Shown one piece after another: positions 27,142 through 36,470 of a stretch of DNA of 64,000 nucleotides. Position 1 is the stretch's first letter. Each line of letters begins with the position of its first letter. The notes below the pieces were generated by a model that did not search any database, was not told where the DNA came from, and was given only the letters and a program-made list of their open reading frames with translations. The DNA lies in contig JAETPU010000007.1 of assembly GCA_021771035.1 (NCBI GenBank), forward strand, positions 7,658 through 71,657, in the 5' to 3' direction. A program made the position numbers and the translations under genes. The stretch is from Marvinbryantia formatexigens. Lineage in GTDB: Bacteria; Bacillota; Clostridia; Oscillospirales; Ruminococcaceae.

Positions 27142-28426
27142 GGAGGCGCTGGATTATCTTCATAACTTTATGCGTTTCGGTACCAAATTAGGCCTTCAGC
27201 GCGTTGGGGAGCTGCTTGAGCGCCTGGGAAGCCCCCAAAAGCAGCTGCGGTTTATCCATGTGGCGGGGACCAACGGCAAAGGCTCCACCACCTGTATGCT
27301 GGCCAATATTCTCACCCGCGCAGGATACCGCACCGGGCTGTATATCTCGCCCTATGTGGTGGATTTCCGGGAGCGGATGCAGATTGACGGCGAGATGATT
27401 TCCAAAGAGGAACTGACAGAGTGTGTGGGGACTGTCAGGGAACAGGTCCAGCTGATGGCGGATGCCGGGCGCTGTCCCACGGAATTTGAGGTGGTCACCG
27501 CCACTGCAATGCTCTGGTATTTCCGACGGCACTGTGAGTTTGTATGTTTAGAGGTGGGCCTGGGGGGCCGGTTTGACGCCACCAATGTGATTGAGGCTCC
27601 GCTGGTGAGTGTCATCTGCTCGATTGGGCTGGATCATACGGCGATTTTAGGGGATACTATAGAACAAATCGCAGGAGAAAAGGCCGGTATTATCAAGCGA
27701 GGATGTCCCACGGTGTGTTATCCCTGCCTGGATCCTCGGGCGCTTGCGGTAATTCAGCGGACTGCCTTGCAGCAGGACAGCGAGCTGGCGGCGGCGGATT
27801 TGGATCAGCTGGAAATCCTGGATGACAGTCTGTTTGGCCGCCGGTTTTCTTACCGGGGCATTGTGGTGTGCCCAAGCCTTCTGGGACGTTACCAAATCTA
27901 TAATACCATGACGGTTATGGAGACGGTATTCCAGCTGCAAAAGCAGGGTATTCCGATTCCTGAAAGCGCTGTCCAATGGGGGATTGCCAATACCCACTTC
28001 CCGGCCCGTACCGAGATTCTTTGCCGGGATCCGCTTGTGATTGTGGACGGCGCCCATAATCCACAGGGAATAGCCAGTCTGGCACAGTCTCTGCGGGAAC
28101 TGGGGGACAGGCCGGTATCCCTGGTGGTGGGCATGATGGCGGATAAGGATCATCAGCATTCCATGCAGGTGCTGGGGCCGCTGTGCCGCAGAGCCTTTGC
28201 AGTGACGCCCAACAATCCCCGTTCCCTGCCAGCGCGGGAATTGGCCCGGGAGCTTGCGCCCTATTGTGAAACCCAGGTGCCGGATTCCATTGAGCAGGCT
28301 GTACGCCTGGCGATAGATTTTGCCCGCCGCGATGGTGGGGCTGCGGTTTTGTGCGGTTCATTATACCTGGCAGAGGATACCCGCCGCATTGCCAAGCAGT
28401 TTTTAAGCCAAAATGGCATGGAATAA
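27131..28426 (+). CDS. folC: Bifunctional folylpolyglutamate synthase / dihydrofolate synthase
   Basis: MTYEEALDYL...GLQRV...IHVAGTNGKGST (Mur-ligase P-loop), and ...IVDGAHNPQG.... Overlaps the upstream gene by 11 nt. Confidence 0.9.
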   Translation: MTYEEALDYLHNFMRFGTKLGLQRVGELLERLGSPQKQLRFIHVAGTNGKGSTTCMLANILTRAGYRTGLYISPYVVDFRERMQIDGEMISKEELTECVGTVREQVQLMADAGRCPTEFEVVTATAMLWYFRRHCEFVCLEVGLGGRFDATNVIEAPLVSVICSIGLDHTAILGDTIEQIAGEKAGIIKRGCPTVCYPCLDPRALAVIQRTALQQDSELAAADLDQLEILDDSLFGRRFSYRGIVVCPSLLGRYQIYNTMTVMETVFQLQKQGIPIPESAVQWGIANTHFPARTEILCRDPLVIVDGAHNPQGIASLAQSLRELGDRPVSLVVGMMADKDHQHSMQVLGPLCRRAFAVTPNNPRSLPARELARELAPYCETQVPDSIEQAVRLAIDFARRDGGAAVLCGSLYLAEDTRRIAKQFLSQNGME

Positions 28427-28528
28427 CAGCTGATTTCCGCCCTGTTCCTGTACGAAGGAGATGGGGGCTTGGAGAAGAGAGGGCTTGCGTTCTCCCAACC
28501 TGGATTCTCAGTTCTCTCATAAGCGTGA

Positions 28529-28567
28529 AAATCAGGAGCACCGCGTTTGCGGCGCTCCTGATTTTTA
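28529..28567. terminator. Bidirectional intrinsic terminator
   Basis: AAAATCAGGAGC ... GCTCCTGATTTTTAT, a 10-11 bp stem flanked by A- and T-runs. Confidence 0.8.
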
Positions 28568-28824
28568 TAGTTGATAACGGATGTCTGTTTTGCTGATGCG
28601 GGCGAAGAAATTTTTGCTTGGAGCAGCGAGCCAAACGAGCGGCACTTATGGAGCTTCTGACAAATCCGCCAATAGAAGAAACGCTGCCTATGGGTTGTCG
28701 TGAGAACTATATGGGGCTGGGAACCATACACAAATTTTTCCGTAAACAACAGAGAAAAGTCAATTTTTAAGGAGACAGCAGGCCCCAATCGGCCGGAACG
28801 CTCCGATAGGGAAGGAAAGATCTG

Positions 28825-30081
28825 TCAGTTAAAGCTTAAATCCGAAAAACTGAAATAGTAGAGCCTGGAGAAATTCCCCTTTCTGGCGAAACTGCCATAG
28901 TGTTCATAGACAAGCATATGGTCAGAGTCATCCCGGGAAGCCGAGACAAAAAAGTACTTGTTTTCCTTGGAATGATTGGGGATCTCCGCTCTCATCATGG
29001 TTTCGTCCTTTTTATCGAATAGATAGAGGTACCGGCGGGACCATTCATGCGAATATAAAAACAGCATCGTTGGTCTGTCCTGTTTTACGTCCTCCGCCAG
29101 GATTAGTTTTGCATCGAACCGTTTTTCATCGAAGCGGGTGTCGTATGGAATTTTGAGATCATCCTCAAACTCCATACAGGGTTTCAGAACCTTGTCCTCA
29201 ATTTTACCAAGAAAACAAGTGCTGCCCAAGTTTTCGTAATAAACGAAATCGTCCGAAACCCGGAATTGTAAAACGGGCTGATCGATTTCATACCGATCGG
29301 AAGAAATGAGGGAAGCATCTACGGAGTATAGAAAATTCATATCATAGTCGTACCGGTCGATTCGCAGGTTGTGCTCCTCTTGGGAGTGCATCTCCAGAAT
29401 TAAAATGGAAATCGTGGATTCGTCACAGGCAATCTGCTGAATGCTGTCCCCGGAGAAATCCTCGTTGTTATAATAGCTTTTTAGAGGCCTGAGTTCCTTG
29501 CTTTCGGGGAGATACTCCGCTAAAACGCTCTCGCCATCCAGGTATTGGGTAGTAAAGATCCGGCCGCTGGCCGCTGTCAGGGAATTGTAGAGATATCCAT
29601 CCTTTTCCGCAAATATTTCCGTCATGGTATTTTGATTCAAATCAATGTCAAAGAACCGCAGGACGTTTACTTCCTGTATTCCCATATCGCTGGGGGTGTC
29701 AATGATGGAAAGATACAGATAGAGATGATCATCCACCAGGGCGGTATCGTGGCTCTGATAGGCCCAGTTGGAGACACTGCCCAGTTTGATGTTCTCTCCT
29801 GTGGAGGGGATAAACCGGTAATACTCCATCTCTGTTATCAGCCCTTTATTTGTAGTAGACACAATTTTAGTGTAAATTATGCTGTCTTTCGCAAAAATGA
29901 AATTACCATGGTGTTCTACACTGCCGATTTCCCTTTGATCCAATGTGTAGATGGGAACAACCTCATTTAACGGAATATTAGGAATCATACTGGGCTGAAA
30001 GATCCCTGAGTTGTTGGATGACTGGCCGCACCCGCTTAAAAGAAAAAGGAAACAACACAGGATCCCGATCATTTTCTTCAT
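28825..30081 (-). CDS. Hypothetical lipoprotein (418 aa)
   Basis: TAGGAGGG RBS. Lipobox FLLSGC-GQ. Y/F/D-rich repetitive beta-type sequence. Lower GC than the backbone. No family recognised. Confidence 0.7.
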   Translation of the reverse strand: MKKMIGILCCFLFLLSGCGQSSNNSGIFQPSMIPNIPLNEVVPIYTLDQREIGSVEHHGNFIFAKDSIIYTKIVSTTNKGLITEMEYYRFIPSTGENIKLGSVSNWAYQSHDTALVDDHLYLYLSIIDTPSDMGIQEVNVLRFFDIDLNQNTMTEIFAEKDGYLYNSLTAASGRIFTTQYLDGESVLAEYLPESKELRPLKSYYNNEDFSGDSIQQIACDESTISILILEMHSQEEHNLRIDRYDYDMNFLYSVDASLISSDRYEIDQPVLQFRVSDDFVYYENLGSTCFLGKIEDKVLKPCMEFEDDLKIPYDTRFDEKRFDAKLILAEDVKQDRPTMLFLYSHEWSRRYLYLFDKKDETMMRAEIPNHSKENKYFFVSASRDDSDHMLVYEHYGSFARKGNFSRLYYFSFSDLSFN

Positions 30082-30145
30082 ACTGCCGCCCTCCTAAAGA
30101 AAAAAACGGCGGCATATTAAAACAAATATGCCGCTTTATATTGAA

Positions 30146-30694
30146 TTACCAGATGATGTCATTGCAATAGTCGTGTACAATTGCGGACGGTTTTGTATAC
30201 TTTGCAGGGATTGTCTTATTATCATTACCGGGATATCCACCTAAAGGATCCTCCAACTGCATATATAACTTATCGCTCTGGATTTCAGTGCTCACAACAC
30301 GGTGACCGCCTGTGCGATAATACCAATTTACGCCATACACATTTACAATGGATAATAAGCAGGGCTTTTTACTGGTTACAATTGTTGTGTAGGCATTGTT
30401 GCACAACGTGGTTTGACTGGGAGATCCCGTACGCATATAGTAAAAACCACTGATATTTTTATTTAAAAATTCAGCGATCTCCAAAGGAACAGTGCCTCCA
30501 ATAATATCAGTACTTACTTGGCCTGCAATAAAGCTCTGGGATGGACTAGCACCATTAACGTACTGAAGTACACTTTTAATGCATGCGGGAACACAGTACA
30601 ACTCATTTTCCTGTTTATAAATTTTAAATGCTCCTGGAAGTTGAATCAAGTACGAGGCCCTGGTTGTGGGTTTATTTTCCATTTCCCTGGCCAA
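30146..30694 (-). CDS. Papain-like (clan CA) cysteine peptidase domain, without its own signal peptide
   Basis: The KQENELYCVPAC motif has Gln six residues before Cys (the papain Q19/C25 spacing). Downstream GGHRVVS is a candidate catalytic His. TTG start only. The frame is open a further 17 codons upstream. Confidence 0.5.
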   Translation of the reverse strand: MAREMENKPTTRASYLIQLPGAFKIYKQENELYCVPACIKSVLQYVNGASPSQSFIAGQVSTDIIGGTVPLEIAEFLNKNISGFYYMRTGSPSQTTLCNNAYTTIVTSKKPCLLSIVNVYGVNWYYRTGGHRVVSTEIQSDKLYMQLEDPLGGYPGNDNKTIPAKYTKPSAIVHDYCNDIIW

Positions 30695-30716
30695 TGCTTC
30701 TGACTTTGCTATTTTT

Positions 30717-30908
30717 TCATTGATTTTTTTCCCAGTCCTCTTGGGTTAAACTTTCTAAGTACGCCTGTTCCTCTTCAGGAGTGGGAATAATTTCACCCGT
30801 ATACACTGGCACACTATCCGGTGCGTTAACATCAGCGGCTCTGGGGACGAAAGCACAGGAAAAAAGCAGTGCAACTGTGAAAACAAGAGCCAAAGGTTTT
30901 TTCAGCAT
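30717..30908 (-). CDS. Small ORF encoding a signal peptide plus acidic pro-like segment
   Basis: MLKKPLALVFTVALLFSCAFVPRAADV... then EEEQAYLESLTQEDWEKNQ. It stops 23 nt before the peptidase ORF. An A7 tract lies at the junction. Confidence 0.5.
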   Translation of the reverse strand: MLKKPLALVFTVALLFSCAFVPRAADVNAPDSVPVYTGEIIPTPEEEQAYLESLTQEDWEKNQ

Positions 30909-31267
30909 TTGTAACATCCTTTCTTTTAGTCCATATAATGTTGCCTAAGGCCGCCATTTTAAATTGCTGTAAATATTGCCATTGGAATCACCTGTTCCTT
31001 TTATCAACCGGTCAGGATTGGAAATTGTTTCCCTTACAGTTAGCATAACTATTGTATATAAAAATGTCAATAAGTTAATTTTAAATAAATATTTTACTGA
31101 AAAATAGAACACTGAGAAGATTCATTGCGAAAAAACAAGCCGGCGGACTGTGATTCACAGTCCGCCGGCTTTTCTCTGATTGGCTATTCAATGTATAGAG
31201 AGTGGGATTCTCCTTCTTATTGTTCGATGAACTTTTGAAAATCCGGGTATCAGGATCCCCTGCGGTC

Positions 31268-31915
31268 CTACTCCCTTTCTAGATTCTCCGCAATCAGGCG
31301 GGCGACGGCATCGTCTGTGTAGCTGAGCAGACGGCCGAACCCAGCGGCAATTTCCCGCCGGGGCTCACCCTGATAGGCCCCCGCGTCCAGGAGTGCCTGT
31401 TTGCGCTCTTTGAGCGCCAGATAGTCGCTGAGCACCTGGGGCTGACGGTAAAACAGCAGATTATAGGTTCCCCGGTTCAGGGAGAGGGGAAACAAATCGG
31501 TGATAAGGGGATTGTCCTCCGCATAGCAGTGAACCCCGTATTTCTGACACAGCGTAAGAGCCCTGGGCATGAGGGCATCCCGCTGGAGCTTGGTGGGGCT
31601 GGGATGGGCCAGCGCCAGTTTTTTTACCCCGGCTCCCACAATCTCGGCAAAGCAGTCCATGGCGCCGCAGGCATAGGAGAAGCTGTCCAAGCCGGTATGG
31701 CTGTCCGTGCTTTGGACAGCTGAGGACGGCACAGCCTGAGAAGGGCCGTCCAGAAAAGGCCTGAGCGTTTCCAGGCAATCTGCCGCTTGCAGGAATGCCG
31801 TCCGGGCGGCATCTCGCGATCCGCACGGGTTCTGTGCCAGCTTCTGCAGAGCTTGGATGAACTCCTGCAGGGTATGGATGGAAGAAAGGATGGTTTCCGG
31901 ACAAATGGTATCCAT
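31268..31915 (-). CDS. Hypothetical protein (215 aa), co-oriented with and 9 nt downstream of the LysR gene
   Basis: GAGGGA RBS and backbone-like composition. No motif recognised. Confidence 0.55.
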   Translation of the reverse strand: MDTICPETILSSIHTLQEFIQALQKLAQNPCGSRDAARTAFLQAADCLETLRPFLDGPSQAVPSSAVQSTDSHTGLDSFSYACGAMDCFAEIVGAGVKKLALAHPSPTKLQRDALMPRALTLCQKYGVHCYAEDNPLITDLFPLSLNRGTYNLLFYRQPQVLSDYLALKERKQALLDAGAYQGEPRREIAAGFGRLLSYTDDAVARLIAENLERE

Positions 31916-31924
31916 GGCAGTCCC

Positions 31925-32887
31925 TCACATTTTCTCCGCCGTGTCCCCGCAGGAAGGTAAACTTCCGTTGGGAAACAGGGCGGCAAACTCATTTTTTGGA
32001 TAATGCCGGATCGCCTCAAGCATGGCAGTCACGGCAGGGGAATGGTATTTATTCTGGTGGATTGCCAGGCTGAAGTCCCGGCGCCAGACGCAGCGGCTTT
32101 TTGTGGCGCTGTCATGGACAGGCACCACACAGATCCTGCCGTTTCGCACCTCCTGTTCCACCAGCCGGATGGAGATAACGGAGATTCCCCGGTTATGCAG
32201 CACCGCGTTTTTAATGGCCTCGGAGTTGCTGCACACCCAGGCGGGGGTAAAGCTCATCTGGCGGTCGGTCAGGTAGGTTTCAAACAGCTCCCGGGTGCCG
32301 CTGCCGGTTTCCCGTTCAATGAGAGGTTCCCGGCTCAGCTGTTCCAGGGATACGCTGTGCTTTTTGGCAAAGGGGTGCTCAGAGGAGCATACCAGAACCA
32401 GGTAGTCCTCAATGGCGGGTGTGACCTGGATTTTCGGGCTGTGGATGGTGCCTTCCACCAGGGCCAAATCCAGCTCTCCCCGCAGCAGTTTTTCCTCGAT
32501 GACGGCGGTGTTGTCCACACAGACGCGCACCTCCACCTGCGGGGAGGCCTGCTCCAGCCTGTCGATGATGGGATTCATCAGGCAGGTGCCCACCGTAACG
32601 CTGGCGCCCATACGAAGCAGCTGGCGCTGGCGCAGCTGGTTCATATTTTCCTCCAATTCGTCAAAGCTGGCAATGACATGATGGGCGTAATCCCGCAGCT
32701 GTTCCCCCTGAGGAGTGATGTACAGCCTGCGGGAGAGCCGCTCAAACAAGCGGGTGCGGTAATGTTCCTCCAGTTCCGCGATGGCTTGGCTTACAGTGGG
32801 CTGAGAAATGAAAAATTCTGAGGCGGCCTGGCTCATGCTCCCGGTTTTAGCCACAGCTAAGAAAATTTTCAGGTGGCGGATAGTCAT
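31925..32887 (-). CDS. LysR family transcriptional regulator
   Basis: MTIRHLKIFLAVAKTGSMSQAASEFFISQPTVSQAIAELEEHY (HTH) followed by a LysR substrate-binding domain. Confidence 0.92.
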   Translation of the reverse strand: MTIRHLKIFLAVAKTGSMSQAASEFFISQPTVSQAIAELEEHYRTRLFERLSRRLYITPQGEQLRDYAHHVIASFDELEENMNQLRQRQLLRMGASVTVGTCLMNPIIDRLEQASPQVEVRVCVDNTAVIEEKLLRGELDLALVEGTIHSPKIQVTPAIEDYLVLVCSSEHPFAKKHSVSLEQLSREPLIERETGSGTRELFETYLTDRQMSFTPAWVCSNSEAIKNAVLHNRGISVISIRLVEQEVRNGRICVVPVHDSATKSRCVWRRDFSLAIHQNKYHSPAVTAMLEAIRHYPKNEFAALFPNGSLPSCGDTAEKM

Positions 32888-33034
32888 AGAATCTCCCCTT
32901 TCTGTATAGGCTGCTGGAAAAAGCCTGTCCGCAATGGGGACAGGGCGTCGGTTTCACAAAACGCTGCGCTCGCTGGAGAGCGGGCGGCTGTACGGGGCAT
33001 TTGAGAACCGGCGGGATGGTTTCCAATCTTTATT

Positions 33035-33100
33035 ATAGATAAAACCTATTGATATTATCTGATAATACTATTTTTATTATAGGTAATCAAGTGCTATAAT
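33035..33100 (+). promoter_or_regulatory. Divergent control region: LysR-type T-N11-A box and extended -10 promoter
   Basis: ATAGATAAAACCTAT (an ATAG-N7-CTAT dyad) at 33035-33049, and TGCTATAAT at 33092-33100. About 150 nt upstream of the CoADR-like gene. Confidence 0.4.
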
Positions 33101-33250
33101 GAAAACAGTCATCCGGCCTATCCCAACAGTTTTGGGAATCGGGAATCAGGAAGGTTGGTAAGCGGAGCTGGTGCCCCTGGGATTTTGGTTTGGCAGATGT
33201 GATTGAGCCGGGATCCAGCGGGCTGAGTTTCAAAAGGAGGAGCTGCAGAC

Positions 33251-34882
33251 ATGAAGGTAATTGTCATCGGAGGCGTAGCCGCGGGTACAAAAGCGGCGGC
33301 AAAGCTCAAGAGAGAGAACAGAGGCTGTCAGGTCACCATTCTGACGAAGAGCGCGGATATCTCCTACGCAGGCTGCGGTCTGCCCTACTTTGTGGGCGGT
33401 GCCATCCAGTCCCGGGATGAGCTCATCGTCAATACGCCCCAGAGCTTTTCGGCTCTCACCGGGGTACAGGTGCAGGTCAATACCGAGGTGACATCCGTGG
33501 ACTTTGGGGCTAAAACTGTGCATACCAGGGATTTGCTCACCGGCAGCGAAGAGGACGTCCCCTATGATAAGCTGGTGATTGCCACCGGAGCCAGCCCCAT
33601 TGTGCCGCCCGTCCCCGGCGCCGACTTGGACTCGGTGTTCACGGTGAGAACCCCTGAGGACGCGGTTCAAATCCGTGCGGCAGTACAGTCCGGAGAACTC
33701 AAGCGGGCTGTTATTGTGGGGGGAGGGTTTATCGGCCTGGAGATGGCGGAAAACCTGCACTGCGCCGGTGTGCGGGCAACCGTAGTGGAGATGGCCCCTC
33801 ATATCCTCACCATGTATGATCCGGAAATGAGCGGTTATCTGGAGGATTATCTGGCGGATCAGGGGATCCAGTGCTTTACCGGCGACGGGCTCACGGAGAT
33901 TATCGGAGAGGGCCGTGTGCAGAAGGTGAAGACCCAGAAACGCACCATGAAGGCGGATGCCGTCATTATGGCGGTGGGAATCCGTCCCAACACGCAGTTT
34001 CTGGCCGGAACCCAGCTGGATTTCATGCCCAACGGCACAATCCGCACCGATGCCCAAATGCGTACCAATATTCAGGATGTGTATGCGGTTGGCGACTGCG
34101 CCAGCGTACAGAACGTGCTGACCCATCAGGACGCCTGGTCCCCCATGGGTTCCTCCGCGAACCTGGAAGGCCGTCTGGCGGCGCAGAACCTGGCGGGAGC
34201 GCAAAAGGAATATCCCGGTGTCCTGGGCACAGCGGTAATCAAGCTGCCGGGTATCAATGCCGGGCGCACAGGCCTGACGCAGACCCAGGCCCAGGCGCTG
34301 GGCTATGACGCGGTCAGCGTTCTGTGTGTAGTAGACGATAAGGCCCACTACTATCCGGGCTCCGGATCCTTTATTGTGAAGCTTACCGCCCAGCGGGAGA
34401 CACAGAAGCTCTTGGGAATTCAGGTTTTGGGCTCCGGTGCGGTGGATAAAATGGTGGATATCGCGGTGACGGCCATCAGCCTGGGCGCAGCGCTGCCCCA
34501 GCTGAGTAACCTGGACTTGGCCTATGCCCCGCCGTTTTCCACGGCGATCCACCCCTTTACCACAGCGGTTCAGGTGCTGCAGAATAAGCTGAGCGGTGCT
34601 TTGGAGAGTATGTCCCCGGCCCAGTTCCAGTGCGGGGACGCCGAGGGGTACACCATTGTGGATGTCTCCAAAGCCCCCAGCATCGAGGGTGCCTTCTATA
34701 TGGATTTCACTAAAATACAGGGCCCGGTTCAGGGCTTGGAACCGAAGGATAAGCTGCTTCTTGTCTGTACCCGGGGCAAGCGGGCGTATTTGGCCCAGAA
34801 CCGCCTGAAATACTACGGCTACACCAACACAAGGGTGCTGGAGGGCGGAACTACCTTTAATACGGTAGAGGTTCAGGAATAG
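33251..34882 (+). CDS. CoA-disulfide reductase / NADH-dependent persulfide reductase type flavoprotein with C-terminal rhodanese domain
   Basis: VIVIGGVAAGTKAA FAD fold, redox Cys in SYAGCGLPYFVGG, second Rossmann VIVGGGFIGLE, and C-terminal rhodanese loop CTRGKRA. Confidence 0.85.
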   Translation: MKVIVIGGVAAGTKAAAKLKRENRGCQVTILTKSADISYAGCGLPYFVGGAIQSRDELIVNTPQSFSALTGVQVQVNTEVTSVDFGAKTVHTRDLLTGSEEDVPYDKLVIATGASPIVPPVPGADLDSVFTVRTPEDAVQIRAAVQSGELKRAVIVGGGFIGLEMAENLHCAGVRATVVEMAPHILTMYDPEMSGYLEDYLADQGIQCFTGDGLTEIIGEGRVQKVKTQKRTMKADAVIMAVGIRPNTQFLAGTQLDFMPNGTIRTDAQMRTNIQDVYAVGDCASVQNVLTHQDAWSPMGSSANLEGRLAAQNLAGAQKEYPGVLGTAVIKLPGINAGRTGLTQTQAQALGYDAVSVLCVVDDKAHYYPGSGSFIVKLTAQRETQKLLGIQVLGSGAVDKMVDIAVTAISLGAALPQLSNLDLAYAPPFSTAIHPFTTAVQVLQNKLSGALESMSPAQFQCGDAEGYTIVDVSKAPSIEGAFYMDFTKIQGPVQGLEPKDKLLLVCTRGKRAYLAQNRLKYYGYTNTRVLEGGTTFNTVEVQE

Positions 34883-34945
34883 GCTGACGGCATATCGGCA
34901 GCAGATGCAATATATTTTGTGAATTGGAAAATGGAGGAACAGAGC

Positions 34946-35890
34946 ATGGCAAAACTGACACCCCAGGATATTAAACGCGTGAAAGGCATGGGCTTTCTCA
35001 AAAACACCACCAACGAGGGCTTTTCCATGCGGGTTATTACCAAAAACGGCGTGCTCACCAGCGCGCAGTGGGCCTGCCTGGCTCAGGCCGCTCAAAAGTT
35101 TGGGGATGGCACCATCGCCGTCACCACGCGCTTGACAGCAGAGCTGCCCGGCATCCGCTATGAGGATATCGAATCCGCCAGGGAGTTTATCGCCAGGGAA
35201 GGGCTGACCTCCGGCGGCACCGGCTCCCGGGTTCGTCCGGTGGTGGCCTGCAAAGGGACGGTCTGTCAGTATGGAAACTGCGACACGCAGGCGCTGGCGG
35301 AAAAAATCCATGATCGCTTCTATGTGGGCTATTATGATGTGAAGCTGCCCCACAAGTTTAAAATCGCCGTGGGCGGATGTCCCAACAACTGTGTAAAGCC
35401 GGATCTCAACGATTTCGGGATTGTGGGCGTCACGGTACCCAATTATGATGCGGAGCTTTGCGCCGGGTGCAAGAAATGCGGTGTTCAGGCCGCCTGCCCC
35501 ATGGGTGCGGTGTCCCTGCAGGACGGTGTGGCTAAAATTGACAGCGAGCGGTGCAACAGCTGCGGACGCTGTGTGGGAAAATGCTATTTTGACGCTCTGG
35601 ACGATGGGGAAAAGGGCTTTGTGGTGTATATCGGCGGACGCTGGGGCAAGCAGGTTCGCCATGCCAGCAGGCTGCCCGGCGTGTTCACCGAGGAGCAGGT
35701 ACTCAGCCTGCTGGAAAAAACGCTGCTCTTCTACCGGGAGCAGGGCAAAACCGGGGAGCGCCTGGCTTCCATGCTGGACCGCATTGGAGAGGAAAGCTTC
35801 TTTGCGCAGATCCTGTCCGACGATATCCTGCAGCGCAAAGAGAAAATTCTCAGCGCCGATCTGCATCTGGTGGGCGGAGCCACCTGCTAG
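34946..35890 (+). CDS. Small sulfite-reductase-like protein (nitrite/sulfite reductase 4Fe-4S/siroheme domain with ferredoxin insert; AsrC/small Dsr-like)
   Basis: VACKGTVCQYGNC and GGCPNNCV cluster motifs, plus two ferredoxin motifs CAGCKKCGVQAACP and CNSCGRCVGKC. GGAGGA RBS before ATG 34946. Confidence 0.7.
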   Translation: MAKLTPQDIKRVKGMGFLKNTTNEGFSMRVITKNGVLTSAQWACLAQAAQKFGDGTIAVTTRLTAELPGIRYEDIESAREFIAREGLTSGGTGSRVRPVVACKGTVCQYGNCDTQALAEKIHDRFYVGYYDVKLPHKFKIAVGGCPNNCVKPDLNDFGIVGVTVPNYDAELCAGCKKCGVQAACPMGAVSLQDGVAKIDSERCNSCGRCVGKCYFDALDDGEKGFVVYIGGRWGKQVRHASRLPGVFTEEQVLSLLEKTLLFYREQGKTGERLASMLDRIGEESFFAQILSDDILQRKEKILSADLHLVGGATC

Positions 35891-36193
35891 AGACTGCCAT
35901 CGGGCGCCATATGCTGAACAGATGGTTTCATTGAGCCGACGGCATCTCGTTGGGATTCCCAGGTAATGTGCCGGCCGGTTTGCACCAGGGCCGCGGCAGT
36001 ATGGTATTCCCCCGGCGCAACGATTCGTTGGCCGGGGGATATTTGCCGCTGCGAAGAGGTCCCAAGCCTGTGATACGACAGCGGGAGACGGGAGCCGTAG
36101 AAGAAAATCGAGAGATTTTCATACCCGTGAAACAAAAAATAGATGGTGGGGCTTTTTGTCTGAAAAAATTAAAACTATTTTTTATGTAAACTA

Positions 36194-36222
36194 TTGCATT
36201 TGAAAACTCGGTATGGTAATAT
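36194..36222 (+). promoter_or_regulatory. rpmE promoter
   Basis: TTGCAT, 17 nt spacer, TAATAT. Confidence 0.4.
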
Positions 36223-36266
36223 AATATCTGTTGCACATAAGGAATTGTCGAAAGAGGTGACTGAAC

Positions 36267-36470
36267 GTGAAAGAGGGAATTCATCCCAAGTACGTGGATA
36301 CCACTATCACCTGCGCCTGCGGTGAAGTGATTAAGACTCGTTCTACTAGAGAGAATATCCGGGTTGAAATTTGTTCCAAATGCCATCCGTTTTTTACCGG
36401 TAAGCAGAAGCTGGTCGATTCCGGCGGACGTGTTGACCGCTTTAAAAAGCGTTTCGGTATGGATAAATAA
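36267..36470 (+). CDS. rpmE: 50S ribosomal protein L31
   Basis: GTG start. [19 protein letters not shown]...[29 protein letters not shown] is canonical L31. Confidence 0.95.
   Translation: MKEGIHPKYVDTTITCACGEVIKTRSTRENIRVEICSKCHPFFTGKQKLVDSGGRVDRFKKRFGMDK

Noticed and set aside
30724-30730. A AAA AAT heptamer as a programmed -1 ribosomal frameshift site joining the two peptidase ORFs
   Set aside because: The downstream ORF is in the +1 frame relative to the upstream ORF, so a -1 slip would not reach it. Only loss of one A (or gain of two) fuses them, so indel or transcriptional slippage is the relevant hypothesis.
33230-35866. 878-aa ORF on the minus strand
   Set aside because: It lies antisense to two plus-strand genes with clear family motifs (CoADR-rhodanese and a sulfite-reductase-like protein). 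Its product is Gly/Arg/His/Leu-rich low-complexity sequence with no motif. This is the typical shadow ORF of GC-rich DNA.
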